Below, piece by piece: positions 27,451 through 36,320 of a stretch of 64,000 bases of DNA. Under the pieces are notes generated by a model that had not been told where the DNA came from, did no database searches, and was given only the letters and a program-made list of their open reading frames with translations. The position numbers were made by a program, and so were the translations under genes. The DNA comes from Candidatus Aminicenantes bacterium (GTDB lineage: Bacteria; Acidobacteriota; Aminicenantia; S016-38), in assembly GCA_026991555.1 (NCBI GenBank), contig JALXBI010000009.1:8984-72983 (forward strand), read 5' to 3'. The stretch's first letter is position 1. Each line of letters starts with the position of its first letter.

Positions 27451-27951
27451 TTAACGAAGGGCCAGGGCTTTTTTTAGTTTTTTTATGGCAAATCTTTTTT
27501 TTAGTGGAGTGAGGTGGTCAATGAAAAGCACTCCATCCAGGTGGTCAACCTCGTGGCAAAATACCCTGGCCAGGAGACCCTCTGCCTCTATTTCCACTTC
27601 CTTGCCGTCTAAGTTGTATCCCTTTACCAGAACCCTGTATGGCCTTTTGACCATTTCCCTTATTCCTGGAAGGCTAAGGCATGCCTCTTCGTCCAGGTCC
27701 TCCCCTTCCTTTTCGACTATACGGGGATTGACCACCACGAATAGTTTTGAAGGGTCCTCTCCCACGGTAAGGTCCACGGTAATTAGCCTGATGGAAAATC
27801 CCACCTGAGGAGCTGCAAGGCCAATTCCCGGGGCATCATACATGGTCTCCACCATGGCCCTTGAAAGCTCCACCACTTCCCCATTTATATCGGAAATCTC
27901 TTCTGCCCTCTTTCTTAGAACCTTATCTCCGTATTTTCTTATCTCCAGCAT
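27451..27951 (-). CDS. def: Peptide deformylase
   Basis: 166 aa. All three PDF motifs are present (GIGLAAPQVG, EACLSLPG, HEVDHLDG). Confidence 0.9.
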   Translation of the reverse strand: MLEIRKYGDKVLRKRAEEISDINGEVVELSRAMVETMYDAPGIGLAAPQVGFSIRLITVDLTVGEDPSKLFVVVNPRIVEKEGEDLDEEACLSLPGIREMVKRPYRVLVKGYNLDGKEVEIEAEGLLARVFCHEVDHLDGVLFIDHLTPLKKRFAIKKLKKALALR

Positions 27952-28127
27952 AGGAATATTTTACCATTTTTTGTCGGTATGTAGTAAAATATGATTATGA
28001 GAAAGATAGCTATTTTTCTCCTGATTTTTCTCCTTGTTTTCCTGGCCGTCCTCCTTGGTCTGGATTTCACTCCGCCTGAAAAATCTACCTTCTTAGCCTT
28101 TGCTACGCTCTTGCTGGGGAGATAGGG

Positions 28128-28346
28128 ATGTTTGGACTTGGCTGGCAGGAGCTTCTTCTGATATTCTTTATAGCGCTGCTGGTTTTTGGTCCAAGAAAAC
28201 TTCCGGAAATCGGAAGGTCCATAGGAAAGGCTATTGCAGAATTTAAGAAAAGTTCAGAGGAACTTAAAGAGGAAATAGAAAAGGCAGTGGATGAGGCAGA
28301 TAAGAAGGAGCCTGACTCTCTGAATGAAGAAAAGAAGGCCGGATGA
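28128..28346 (+). CDS. tatA: Twin-arginine translocase subunit TatA/E
   Basis: 72 aa. N-terminal transmembrane segment plus amphipathic helix (LLVFGPRKLPEIGRSIGKAI). Confidence 0.85.
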   Translation: MFGLGWQELLLIFFIALLVFGPRKLPEIGRSIGKAIAEFKKSSEELKEEIEKAVDEADKKEPDSLNEEKKAG

Positions 28347-29082
28347 TGACCTGAGCATACTTGACCACTTAGAGGAGCTGCGGAGAAGGGTTCTTTATTC
28401 CTTTATCGCAGTTTTAGTGGCCTTCGTGATCAACTGGTTCTTTGCCAAGCAGCTTTTCCGCATAATTGCAGAGCCCATTGTAAAGTATCTTCCTCCCGGA
28501 CACAAACTCGCTTTTACTTCCCTGACCTCCCCGTTTATGGTTTATCTGAAGGTGGCTTTTCTTGCTGCGCTTTTTTTCGCCTCCCCCTTCGTGGCATATC
28601 AGGCCTGGAAGTTCATTTCCCCTGCCCTCTATCCCCACGAGAAGAAATATGTGGTTCCCTTCGTCCTCTCCACATCCTTTTTCTTTGTTTTAGGTGGGCT
28701 CTTCGGTTATTTTGTAGTTTTTCCCTTCACATGTAGGTTTTTCCTTCAATTAGGGAGCGATTTTCAGCCTATTATAACCATAGACAAATACTTTAATCTG
28801 GCCATTGAGATAATCCTGGGGATAGCCATAGTTTTTGAGCTCCCGGTGGTGATTTTTATACTCTCCAAATTAGGAATTCTTACCCCTAAATTTATGATGA
28901 AGAACCTGAAATACGCGATATTAATAGCCTTCGTGGTGGCTGGTATTATAACCCCCACCCCTGATGCTATAACCCAGACCATAGTGGCTGGACCTTTTAT
29001 TCTTCTCTACATAATAGGAATTTTCGTGAGCTGGCTCGCCCAAGGCAAAAAGGAGGAAGTTGACACCGGGGAAAGCTCTTAA
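28324..29082 (+). CDS. tatC: Twin-arginine translocase subunit TatC
   Basis: 252 aa with 6 transmembrane segments. HLEELRRR N-terminal signature. Confidence 0.9.
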   Translation: MKKRRPDDDLSILDHLEELRRRVLYSFIAVLVAFVINWFFAKQLFRIIAEPIVKYLPPGHKLAFTSLTSPFMVYLKVAFLAALFFASPFVAYQAWKFISPALYPHEKKYVVPFVLSTSFFFVLGGLFGYFVVFPFTCRFFLQLGSDFQPIITIDKYFNLAIEIILGIAIVFELPVVIFILSKLGILTPKFMMKNLKYAILIAFVVAGIITPTPDAITQTIVAGPFILLYIIGIFVSWLAQGKKEEVDTGESS

Positions 29083-30448
29083 ATATAATCGCTTTATGGC
29101 AAAAAGGGGAAAATGGAAATCGAGCCTGGGATTCGTTCTGGCCGCTGCCGGTTCTGCAGTGGGTCTTGGAAATATCTGGCGGTTTCCCTATGTAACCGGG
29201 AAAAATGGGGGGGCGGTCTTCCTTTTCGTTTACATCCTGGCGGTGCTTTTCCTGGGACTGGTGGTTATGTATGCGGAGCTTTCCCTGGGGAGGGCTACCC
29301 AAAAGAACCCTGTGGGGGCCTTTGAGAAAATTAAACCTGGTTCCCTCTGGAAGGGAGTGGGGTTTTTAGGGGTTTTTACAGGGGTTGGGATTCTCTCTTA
29401 TTATTCGGTAATAGCTGGCTGGACCCTTTATTATTTCTACATATCCTCCCTGGGTAAATTCACGGGCAATATAACAAAGGTGCAGGTGGATAAAATCTTC
29501 GCCTCCTTCGTTTCCAATCCTCTCCTTACCATTGTTATGTTGTTCCTATTTATCCTTCTTACCAGTTTCGTGGTTTCCCAGGGCATATCCTCAGGGATAG
29601 AGAAATGGACAGGGGTATTGATGCCTCTGCTTTTCCTTATACTTTTAGTTCTGTCGGTTTATTCCCTGACCCTGCCCGGGGCATCCCAGGGACTTTCCTT
29701 TTACCTCAGGCCAGATTTTTCCAAATTGGACCTTAAGATGATCCTGAGCGCCATAGGACAGGCCTTCTTCTCCCTGAGTCTCGGCATGGGAGCCATGATA
29801 ACCTACGGAAGTTATCTGTCCAGGGACGAAAATCTCTTCGCCTCCGGACTTGAAGTAGTTGGTTTTGACACCCTTGTGGCCTTTCTTGCAGGGATAATAA
29901 TTTTCCCAACGGTTTTTACCTATGGGCTTTCCCCCCAGGCTGGGGTTCCTTTAGTATTTAAAACCCTTCCCTTTACCTTCTCCAGGCTTCCTCTGGGAAG
30001 GCTCTTCGGTCCCCTTTTCTTTTTCCTGCTGGCAATAGCTGCCTTAACTTCTACCATAAGCCTTGTGGAGGTGGCAACTTCCTATCTTGTGGACGAGAAA
30101 AAATTACCCAGACCCTTGGCCGCATACATTGTAGGAGGAGTGGCATTTTTGATTGGAATTCCTTCGGCCCTTTCCACTTCCTCCAGATTTTTCTCAAATT
30201 TTGCCTTTGGGAAAAGTTTCCTTGATATTATGGATTACCTCTGGGCAAACATATCCCTGCCCTTGGGCGCTCTTCTTCTTTCCATTTTCGTGGCTTATGT
30301 TTGGGGGGCCAGGAATGCTGCTGTGGAAATCAGACCCGATAAGGCCAGAAAATTTCCCGGAGAGGACCTATGGGTGATTGACATAAAAATTTTCGTTCCC
30401 GTGGTTTTAGGGATAATTTTAATCTCAGCCCTTCTGGGGTTTTCATGA
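29060..30448 (+). CDS. Sodium-dependent transporter, neurotransmitter:sodium symporter (SNF) family
   Basis: 462 aa. GLGNIWRFPY signature. Starts either at TTG 29060 (RBS AGGAGG 5 nt upstream) or at ATG 29096. Confidence 0.85.
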   Translation: MTPGKALKYNRFMAKRGKWKSSLGFVLAAAGSAVGLGNIWRFPYVTGKNGGAVFLFVYILAVLFLGLVVMYAELSLGRATQKNPVGAFEKIKPGSLWKGVGFLGVFTGVGILSYYSVIAGWTLYYFYISSLGKFTGNITKVQVDKIFASFVSNPLLTIVMLFLFILLTSFVVSQGISSGIEKWTGVLMPLLFLILLVLSVYSLTLPGASQGLSFYLRPDFSKLDLKMILSAIGQAFFSLSLGMGAMITYGSYLSRDENLFASGLEVVGFDTLVAFLAGIIIFPTVFTYGLSPQAGVPLVFKTLPFTFSRLPLGRLFGPLFFFLLAIAALTSTISLVEVATSYLVDEKKLPRPLAAYIVGGVAFLIGIPSALSTSSRFFSNFAFGKSFLDIMDYLWANISLPLGALLLSIFVAYVWGARNAAVEIRPDKARKFPGEDLWVIDIKIFVPVVLGIILISALLGFS

Positions 30449-31551
30449 GCAGTTTTTTTTCCTTTCTGTTTTCCGCCTCCCCCTTTTTTTCCATAACCCT
30501 GGCTGAAGGGCTAATTCTGCTGGGCATCGTCCTTTGGGCAGGTAAGTTATACCGGGAAAGGAAGCTGGAAAGTCCGGGGTTTTTCTTTCCCCTGCTTGCC
30601 TTTGCCGTCTCCTCCATTACCACTGCCTTTTTATCCCTGAACCCCGAAGTAAGCATGAGGGATACCAGGGAAGTTTTCCTCTATCTTATTCCCCCTGTGG
30701 CCCTTATGTTGAAGGGAGAATGGCTGAAAAATGGGGTGGTATATGGAGGAGGACTGGCTGCTTTTCTGGGAATCCTCAGGGAGTTTTTCGTTAAGCAGGA
30801 AAGGCTCACGGGGTTTGTAGGGCATTACATGACCGAGGGCGGACTTATGATGATGGCCTTTCTTCTGGTTTTTTCCCTCATATTATTCGAAAAAGCAAGC
30901 TTGCCCTATTTTCTTTCCCTTTCTTTCATAACCATAGCCTTAGCCCTGACCCTGACCAGAAGCTCATGGGTGGGGGCTTTCTTGGGAGCCTGTTACCTCC
31001 TTTACAAGAAGAAAAAAATTCTTCTGGGCATTTTCATTCCCCTTACAATAGTAGCCGTTCTGATTTCCCCATCCAAGATTAGGCAGAGGGCCCTTTCCAT
31101 TTTTTCCAGGACCAATCCTACCAATGTGGAGAGAATAAATATGTGGAAAATAGGCCTGCGAATGGCCATGGTGAAACCCATTTTCGGAATAGGTCAGAAC
31201 ATGGCCTCCAGGGTTTATCCTGATTTTAACAGGAAGGGCCTTCCTCCCAGGGAGATTCCCCATTTGCACAATACCTATCTTCAACTGCTGGTGGAAAGGG
31301 GTATTGTGGGGCTGGGGCTCTTTCTCCTTTTCGTGCTCTGGGCTTTTCGCGAGATTCAAAAAAAGGGGAAAAGTGCGAAAACCCTTGGAGCCCTGGCAAT
31401 TCTCATAGGGTTTTTAACCTCAGGATTTTTCGAATACAATTTTGGGGACTCCGAGGTGAAAATTCTATTTCTCATCCTTCTGACCCTTCCCTTCATGAAT
31501 AAAAGGGAGGTAAACCATGATAAAAATTCCGCAGAAGTTAAGGCATTATGA
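30445..31551 (+). CDS. O-antigen ligase-like (Wzy_C) polytopic membrane protein
   Basis: 368 aa, about 10 transmembrane segments with a large loop near the C-terminal third, typical of WaaL/Wzy_C proteins. Family-level call only. Confidence 0.45.
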   Translation: MSSFFSFLFSASPFFSITLAEGLILLGIVLWAGKLYRERKLESPGFFFPLLAFAVSSITTAFLSLNPEVSMRDTREVFLYLIPPVALMLKGEWLKNGVVYGGGLAAFLGILREFFVKQERLTGFVGHYMTEGGLMMMAFLLVFSLILFEKASLPYFLSLSFITIALALTLTRSSWVGAFLGACYLLYKKKKILLGIFIPLTIVAVLISPSKIRQRALSIFSRTNPTNVERINMWKIGLRMAMVKPIFGIGQNMASRVYPDFNRKGLPPREIPHLHNTYLQLLVERGIVGLGLFLLFVLWAFREIQKKGKSAKTLGALAILIGFLTSGFFEYNFGDSEVKILFLILLTLPFMNKREVNHDKNSAEVKAL

Positions 31552-32626
31552 AGTTTATGTTCCAGGGAAGCCCCTGGAAGAGGCTCAGAGGGAGCTGGGA
31601 ATTGAGAAAATCATAAAACTTGCTTCCAACGAGAATCCCATAGGAGCTTCTCCCTTAGCCCTTAAGGCAATAAGGAAATGGATGGAAAGGGTTTACCTTT
31701 ATCCGGATTCAGCTTCCTATTATCTTTCCTCCAAGCTTTCATCCCTTTTTCGAATTCCTCCGGAGCAGATCCTGGTGGGTCCTGGTTCTGCGGTTATTGC
31801 CAAATGGATCGCTGCGGCATTGGTGGATGAGGGGGATGAAGCTATAACTTCGGATAAGACTTTTCTAATTTACAAAATAGCCATGCAGCAGACCCCCGGG
31901 AAACTGATCAGGGTGCCTGCAAAGGACTACGGTTATGACCTTGAGGGAATTCTTGCGAAGATAACCCCAAGGACCAAACTGATTTTCATTGCCAACCCCA
32001 ATAACCCCACTGGCACTCACCTTAAGGATGGGGAGTTCCGTGAATTCCTGAGAAAAGTTCCGGAGCATGTTCTTGTGGTTTATGATGAAGCCTACAGGGA
32101 ATATGTGGACACTGAGGACCATCCTAAAGGGGAAGAACTTTTGAGGGAAATTCCTAACTTAGTGGTTTTGAGAACCTTTTCAAAGATTTACGGCCTGGCC
32201 GGGATGAGGGTAGGATATGCTCTTTTCGGGGAAAGAGAAGTCAGGGAGGCGGTCTGGAAGGTGGTCCCTCCTTTTCCCGTAACCCTTCTTGCCCAGAAAG
32301 CTGCGGAGGCTGCCTTGGACGACGAGGAATTCGTTAGAAAAAGCGTGGAGGTAAACAAAAGGGGGAAGGAGTTCCTTTACAGGGAACTGGAAAGGCTGGG
32401 GCTCAAATTCCTGCCAACCCAGGGTAATTTCATTTTCATCATTCCTCCTGCAGATGCCAGGGAAGTGGTAAATCAGCTTTTTAAAAGGGGAATAATAGTT
32501 CGCCATACCAAGGCCTTTGATGCTCCGGAGGGCTTCAGGGTAACCGTAGGAACCGAGGAGCAGAACAGGGAGTTCATAAGAAATCTGGAGGAAATCCTTG
32601 GGGCGAAATCCAGCAATAGCCATTGA
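31517..32626 (+). CDS. hisC: Histidinol-phosphate aminotransferase
   Basis: 369 aa. KLASNENPIG N-terminal motif and PLP-lysine region (TFSKIYGLAGMRVGY). Confidence 0.85.
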   Translation: MIKIPQKLRHYEVYVPGKPLEEAQRELGIEKIIKLASNENPIGASPLALKAIRKWMERVYLYPDSASYYLSSKLSSLFRIPPEQILVGPGSAVIAKWIAAALVDEGDEAITSDKTFLIYKIAMQQTPGKLIRVPAKDYGYDLEGILAKITPRTKLIFIANPNNPTGTHLKDGEFREFLRKVPEHVLVVYDEAYREYVDTEDHPKGEELLREIPNLVVLRTFSKIYGLAGMRVGYALFGEREVREAVWKVVPPFPVTLLAQKAAEAALDDEEFVRKSVEVNKRGKEFLYRELERLGLKFLPTQGNFIFIIPPADAREVVNQLFKRGIIVRHTKAFDAPEGFRVTVGTEEQNREFIRNLEEILGAKSSNSH

Positions 32627-33245
32627 CGGTCCAGCAGGAGCAGGGAAAAGCACCTTAGCGAAGCTCCTTGCGGAAAGGCTTGGTTTCGTCTACGTGAACA
32701 CTGGCGCCATGTATAGGGCAGTTGCCCTTCTCTGGAAGGAAACAGGAGAGGAGCCAGAGAAAATTGCCCGACATCTGGACTTCGAGATGAGAGGCGATAG
32801 GGTATTCGTGGGAGGAAGGGATGTTACCGACCTTCTCTATACCCCTGAAATCTCCGACCTGTCTTCTAAGGTCTCTACCATACCCGGGGTAAGAAGGGCA
32901 CTGGTGGCCCTTCAGAGGGCCCAGCGGGAGAAATATCCCGTGGTGATGGAGGGAAGGGACATTGGAACCGTGGTATTTACGGACGCAGAGGTCAAGTTTT
33001 ATATAACCGCATCCAGCAGAGAAAGGGCCAGGCGAAGGAAATTGCAGTTCAACGACCCAAGACCCCTTAAGGTTATTGAGGAAGAGATAAGAAAAAGGGA
33101 CGAAAGGGATTCTACCCGGGAGGATTCTCCCCTCCGCAGGGCCCCGGACGCTATCCTCATAGATACAACCAACTTAAGAGTAGAAGAGGTTTTGAGGCTT
33201 ATGGAAAAATTTGTCAGGGAAAAACTAAAAAATATAATTGACTAA
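32598..33245 (+). CDS. cmk: Cytidylate kinase
   Basis: 215 aa. AIDGPAGAGKST P-loop plus VNTGAMYRA. Confidence 0.9.
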   Translation: MGRNPAIAIDGPAGAGKSTLAKLLAERLGFVYVNTGAMYRAVALLWKETGEEPEKIARHLDFEMRGDRVFVGGRDVTDLLYTPEISDLSSKVSTIPGVRRALVALQRAQREKYPVVMEGRDIGTVVFTDAEVKFYITASSRERARRRKLQFNDPRPLKVIEEEIRKRDERDSTREDSPLRRAPDAILIDTTNLRVEEVLRLMEKFVREKLKNIID

Positions 33246-33645
33246 AAAAGGAGGTGACATGAGTTTAGCTTATCTTTTAACAGGGTATGGGATTCTTGTC
33301 CTTCTGGTTTCCCTGTTGGTGGCTGCTCTTTTCCTCTGGATAGGAGCTAAGATAGCTCAAATTGGGGGAACTACTTTTCTGAAGGCTTTGCTTGCGGTTT
33401 TTCTCGGGACGATTGCCATGGGCATACTGGCCCTTGTGCCAATAGTGGGCTGGCTCCTGGGTTTAGCGGCCTACATAGCGATCATTAAATATGTATTTAA
33501 CACCGATTGGGTAAAGGCCATAATAGCCTGGCTTATTTCCTTCGTGGCAGCCATTATCGTAGGGGTTATTCTTGGGGCTATTTTGGGAATTTCCATAGCC
33601 TCCATGGCTCATACTAAGGCTGCCCTTCTTTATCTTCTCGCGTAA
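33238..33645 (+). CDS. Small polytopic membrane protein (hypothetical)
   Basis: 135 aa with 4 predicted transmembrane helices. 8-nt overlap with cmk. Confidence 0.35.
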   Translation: MTKKGGDMSLAYLLTGYGILVLLVSLLVAALFLWIGAKIAQIGGTTFLKALLAVFLGTIAMGILALVPIVGWLLGLAAYIAIIKYVFNTDWVKAIIAWLISFVAAIIVGVILGAILGISIASMAHTKAALLYLLA

Positions 33646-34673
33646 GTTCTTCTCCGTTCTTCTTTAACTCCTAAGACAAACTCCTCTGCTTCAAGAAGGA
33701 GGAGAAGTATAACGAAGGAGGAAAAGAGGGGAGCGCTGATTTTCCCTGGAAAATGGGAGGAGAAACTCAGGAGAATAGCCACTGAAAGGGGAGAAAGCGA
33801 TAGGAAGCCTGTTTCTCTGAGGGCAAATCCGTATATGGATTTGGCTACAAAGAATAGGGCCGCGATTTTAACCCCTTTCCATGAGGCTATGGCCGGAAAA
33901 TTAAGGCCTAAATAAAGCAGAAGGAAGGTAAAAACGGGTTTCTCTAAGGATATCAGTTTCGGAATGAACCTTTCCATACCCACCATTTTGGGCAGATTTG
34001 AGTAGAGCAGCCCTGCTCCGAAGCCCACGAAAATAGGGGAGAGAAGGAGATAGGAGGCGGTCCCAGAGGAAAAAAGGATTAGACCCAGGAGCAGGGCAAT
34101 TTTTTCCCCCTCGGAACTGCGGATTCCCATTACCAGATAGGCTATTACTCCGAAGGCCAGAGCAAGTCCCAGATGATAAAACAGGGAGGACAGAATATTT
34201 CCCCTCCCCAAGGAAAAGGCAACGGCCAGGAAGGGTATGGCCAGAAGTTCCCAGAGGGCCACGGTTATTTTCATATAACTCTTTATCCCGTAAAGAGAGA
34301 CCAAGGAAACGGATACGGAGAATATAATGCATGAAGCCAGGTCCCCGGTGAAAAACCAGGAAAGTATAAAGAAAAAGGCCAAAGTTGGCAGGAAATAAAC
34401 AACGGAGCGACCAATCTGGAGCCTTCCCCTGAGCCTTGAAAAATCTAAGGAGGCCCCTTCCAGAAACCCTACCGCCCCTAAGGAAAACAAAAGAAAAGGT
34501 CTCAGGAGGGATGTGCCCCCTTCCATGACCGGGTAAAAACTCATTCCAGCAAGAACATAGAAAATCACCCATAGTGGGTAGGAAGCTCTCTCCATTCTAA
34601 GGGCCTTCTTGCCCACCACTATGAGGAAAATTACCAGGAGAAAGCCCAGCAGAATTTTCAGGGGAAGGCTCAA
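33630..34673 (-). CDS. Polytopic membrane protein (hypothetical, possible transporter)
   Basis: 347 aa with about 10 transmembrane segments. Coupled by a 4-nt overlap to the flavin-reductase-like gene. The internal out-of-frame ORF 33901-34572 is judged spurious. Confidence 0.35.
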   Translation of the reverse strand: MSLPLKILLGFLLVIFLIVVGKKALRMERASYPLWVIFYVLAGMSFYPVMEGGTSLLRPFLLFSLGAVGFLEGASLDFSRLRGRLQIGRSVVYFLPTLAFFFILSWFFTGDLASCIIFSVSVSLVSLYGIKSYMKITVALWELLAIPFLAVAFSLGRGNILSSLFYHLGLALAFGVIAYLVMGIRSSEGEKIALLLGLILFSSGTASYLLLSPIFVGFGAGLLYSNLPKMVGMERFIPKLISLEKPVFTFLLLYLGLNFPAIASWKGVKIAALFFVAKSIYGFALRETGFLSLSPLSVAILLSFSSHFPGKISAPLFSSFVILLLLLEAEEFVLGVKEERRRTYARR

Positions 34674-35191
34674 GGTTTTCCCCCGGAAAAACCCCAGTCC
34701 TGGATTTTTTCGCCTAAGACAAAATAGGCCATGGGCCTGTAGGTTGCCAGGATGAAGTCCTGGGGTTTTACCCCTTCCTTGGCCCAGATTTTCTTGACTT
34801 CACCTAAAATAATCAGGTGATCCGTGAACTGAACTTCCTGCAAATATACGGCTTCAAGGGCAAGGGGAGCCGTTTCTATTATGGGAGCCTTGATGGTGGA
34901 GGAGGCAGTCCAGGGAAAGAAGTTGGACTTGTCCGCCCTCCTTCCGCTTACCATGCCGGCGGCGTCTGCTCCCCTCAGCATATCCCTTCCCACGAAGTTT
35001 ACGGTAAAATCCCCGGTTTCCTTTATCAATTTGTAGGTGTGCCTTTTTTTCTTTATCCCTATGCCTATTACCGGGGGATGCTCGTTGAACTGGCCGTAGA
35101 ATATGTAGGTGGAGGGGTTGGGGGAATTGCCTGAGACCACGACCACCAAGGGATATGGCACTGGAAATTGGGAGCTTTTCCACTCAATCAT
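34670..35191 (-). CDS. Flavin reductase-like (FMN-binding split-barrel) protein
   Basis: 173 aa. Flavin-reductase-like domain layout. Coupled to the alcohol dehydrogenase and the membrane protein. Confidence 0.5.
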   Translation of the reverse strand: MIEWKSSQFPVPYPLVVVVSGNSPNPSTYIFYGQFNEHPPVIGIGIKKKRHTYKLIKETGDFTVNFVGRDMLRGADAAGMVSGRRADKSNFFPWTASSTIKAPIIETAPLALEAVYLQEVQFTDHLIILGEVKKIWAKEGVKPQDFILATYRPMAYFVLGEKIQDWGFSGGKP

Positions 35192-36311
35192 AGGCCTTTT
35201 CCAGTATTTTTCTCAAATCTTCCCGGGTTAAGCCCACGCTTTCCAGCCTGTCCCTGCTGGTCTCCCAGGCTTTTTCCTCCACCAAGCTCAGGTCCTCGGC
35301 GCCTAATCCCTTGAGGGTTTGCTTTAAGCCCTGTTTTTCCATCCATCCCCTCCATTCGGAAATTCCAGTTTCCCAGTGATAAACGTCAAACAGGGCTTTG
35401 GTTAAAGATGAGATCCTTTGGGGCCTTTTCTCCCCCACCACCTGCAGATAAGGAATCAGCAGGGCTGCCAGGCCGCTTCCATGGCTTATAAAATCGTAAA
35501 CCCCGGATAGGGCGTGCTCTATGCCATGGAGCACGAAATGACCTCCTCTTCCAGCGGAAAGGAAAGGGGAAATGGCCAATGTTGAAGCCCAGCAAAGGAT
35601 TTCCATGGCTTCCCTGTCTCCAGACGAGACCCTTTCCCATGCCTCCATGACCTGCTTTATGATCACCTCGGTAAATCCGTTTTGCAAAATTGCCTCCTCT
35701 CCGGATATATAACCTTCCAGGGCATGAGAAATTATATCCACCACCCCGTCCTTGATTATTTTTACTGGAAGGCTGTGGGTTAGAATGGGGTCCCAGAGGG
35801 CAAGCCTGGGCCAGAAGTAGGGGGAATATAGTCCCTTCTTTTCTTTGGTCTCCGGATTGGATATAACAGCATAGGGGTCCGCCTCAGAGCCCGAGGCAGG
35901 CACCGTGGGGATGGTTATAAGGGGAAGTGAGGCCCTGAATTTTCTTTCTCCTGTAGCATATTCCCAGGGGGAGCCTTCGCTTAATGCCATGGCCGCCACA
36001 TATTTGGCTGCGTCCATTGCTGAACCCCCTCCCAGGGCAATAACTGCATCTGGTTTTTCCTCCCTGGCCAGGGATACGGCATCTTCCACCTCTGGAACCT
36101 TGGGATTCGGCGTTATTCCCTTAAAATGGATGAGCCTCTTCCCTGGAAGCTGCTCCTTTAAAGCATCAACCAATCCGTGCTCCTGGGCGAACCTTCTCCC
36201 TGTGATGAGGAGGAATTTTTCTCCGAAGGGGGATATTAATTCTCCTGCCTTCTTGAAAACTCCTTTTTTAAAAACTATTCTGGTGGGAAACAGAAATTCA
36301 AAATCCCTCAT
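35184..36311 (-). CDS. Iron-containing (group III) alcohol dehydrogenase
   Basis: 375 aa. GGGS(A)MDAAK NAD-binding motif and His-rich metal site (HGIEHALS). Confidence 0.85.
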   Translation of the reverse strand: MRDFEFLFPTRIVFKKGVFKKAGELISPFGEKFLLITGRRFAQEHGLVDALKEQLPGKRLIHFKGITPNPKVPEVEDAVSLAREEKPDAVIALGGGSAMDAAKYVAAMALSEGSPWEYATGERKFRASLPLITIPTVPASGSEADPYAVISNPETKEKKGLYSPYFWPRLALWDPILTHSLPVKIIKDGVVDIISHALEGYISGEEAILQNGFTEVIIKQVMEAWERVSSGDREAMEILCWASTLAISPFLSAGRGGHFVLHGIEHALSGVYDFISHGSGLAALLIPYLQVVGEKRPQRISSLTKALFDVYHWETGISEWRGWMEKQGLKQTLKGLGAEDLSLVEEKAWETSRDRLESVGLTREDLRKILEKAYD

Positions 36312-36320
36312 GGGGAAATT

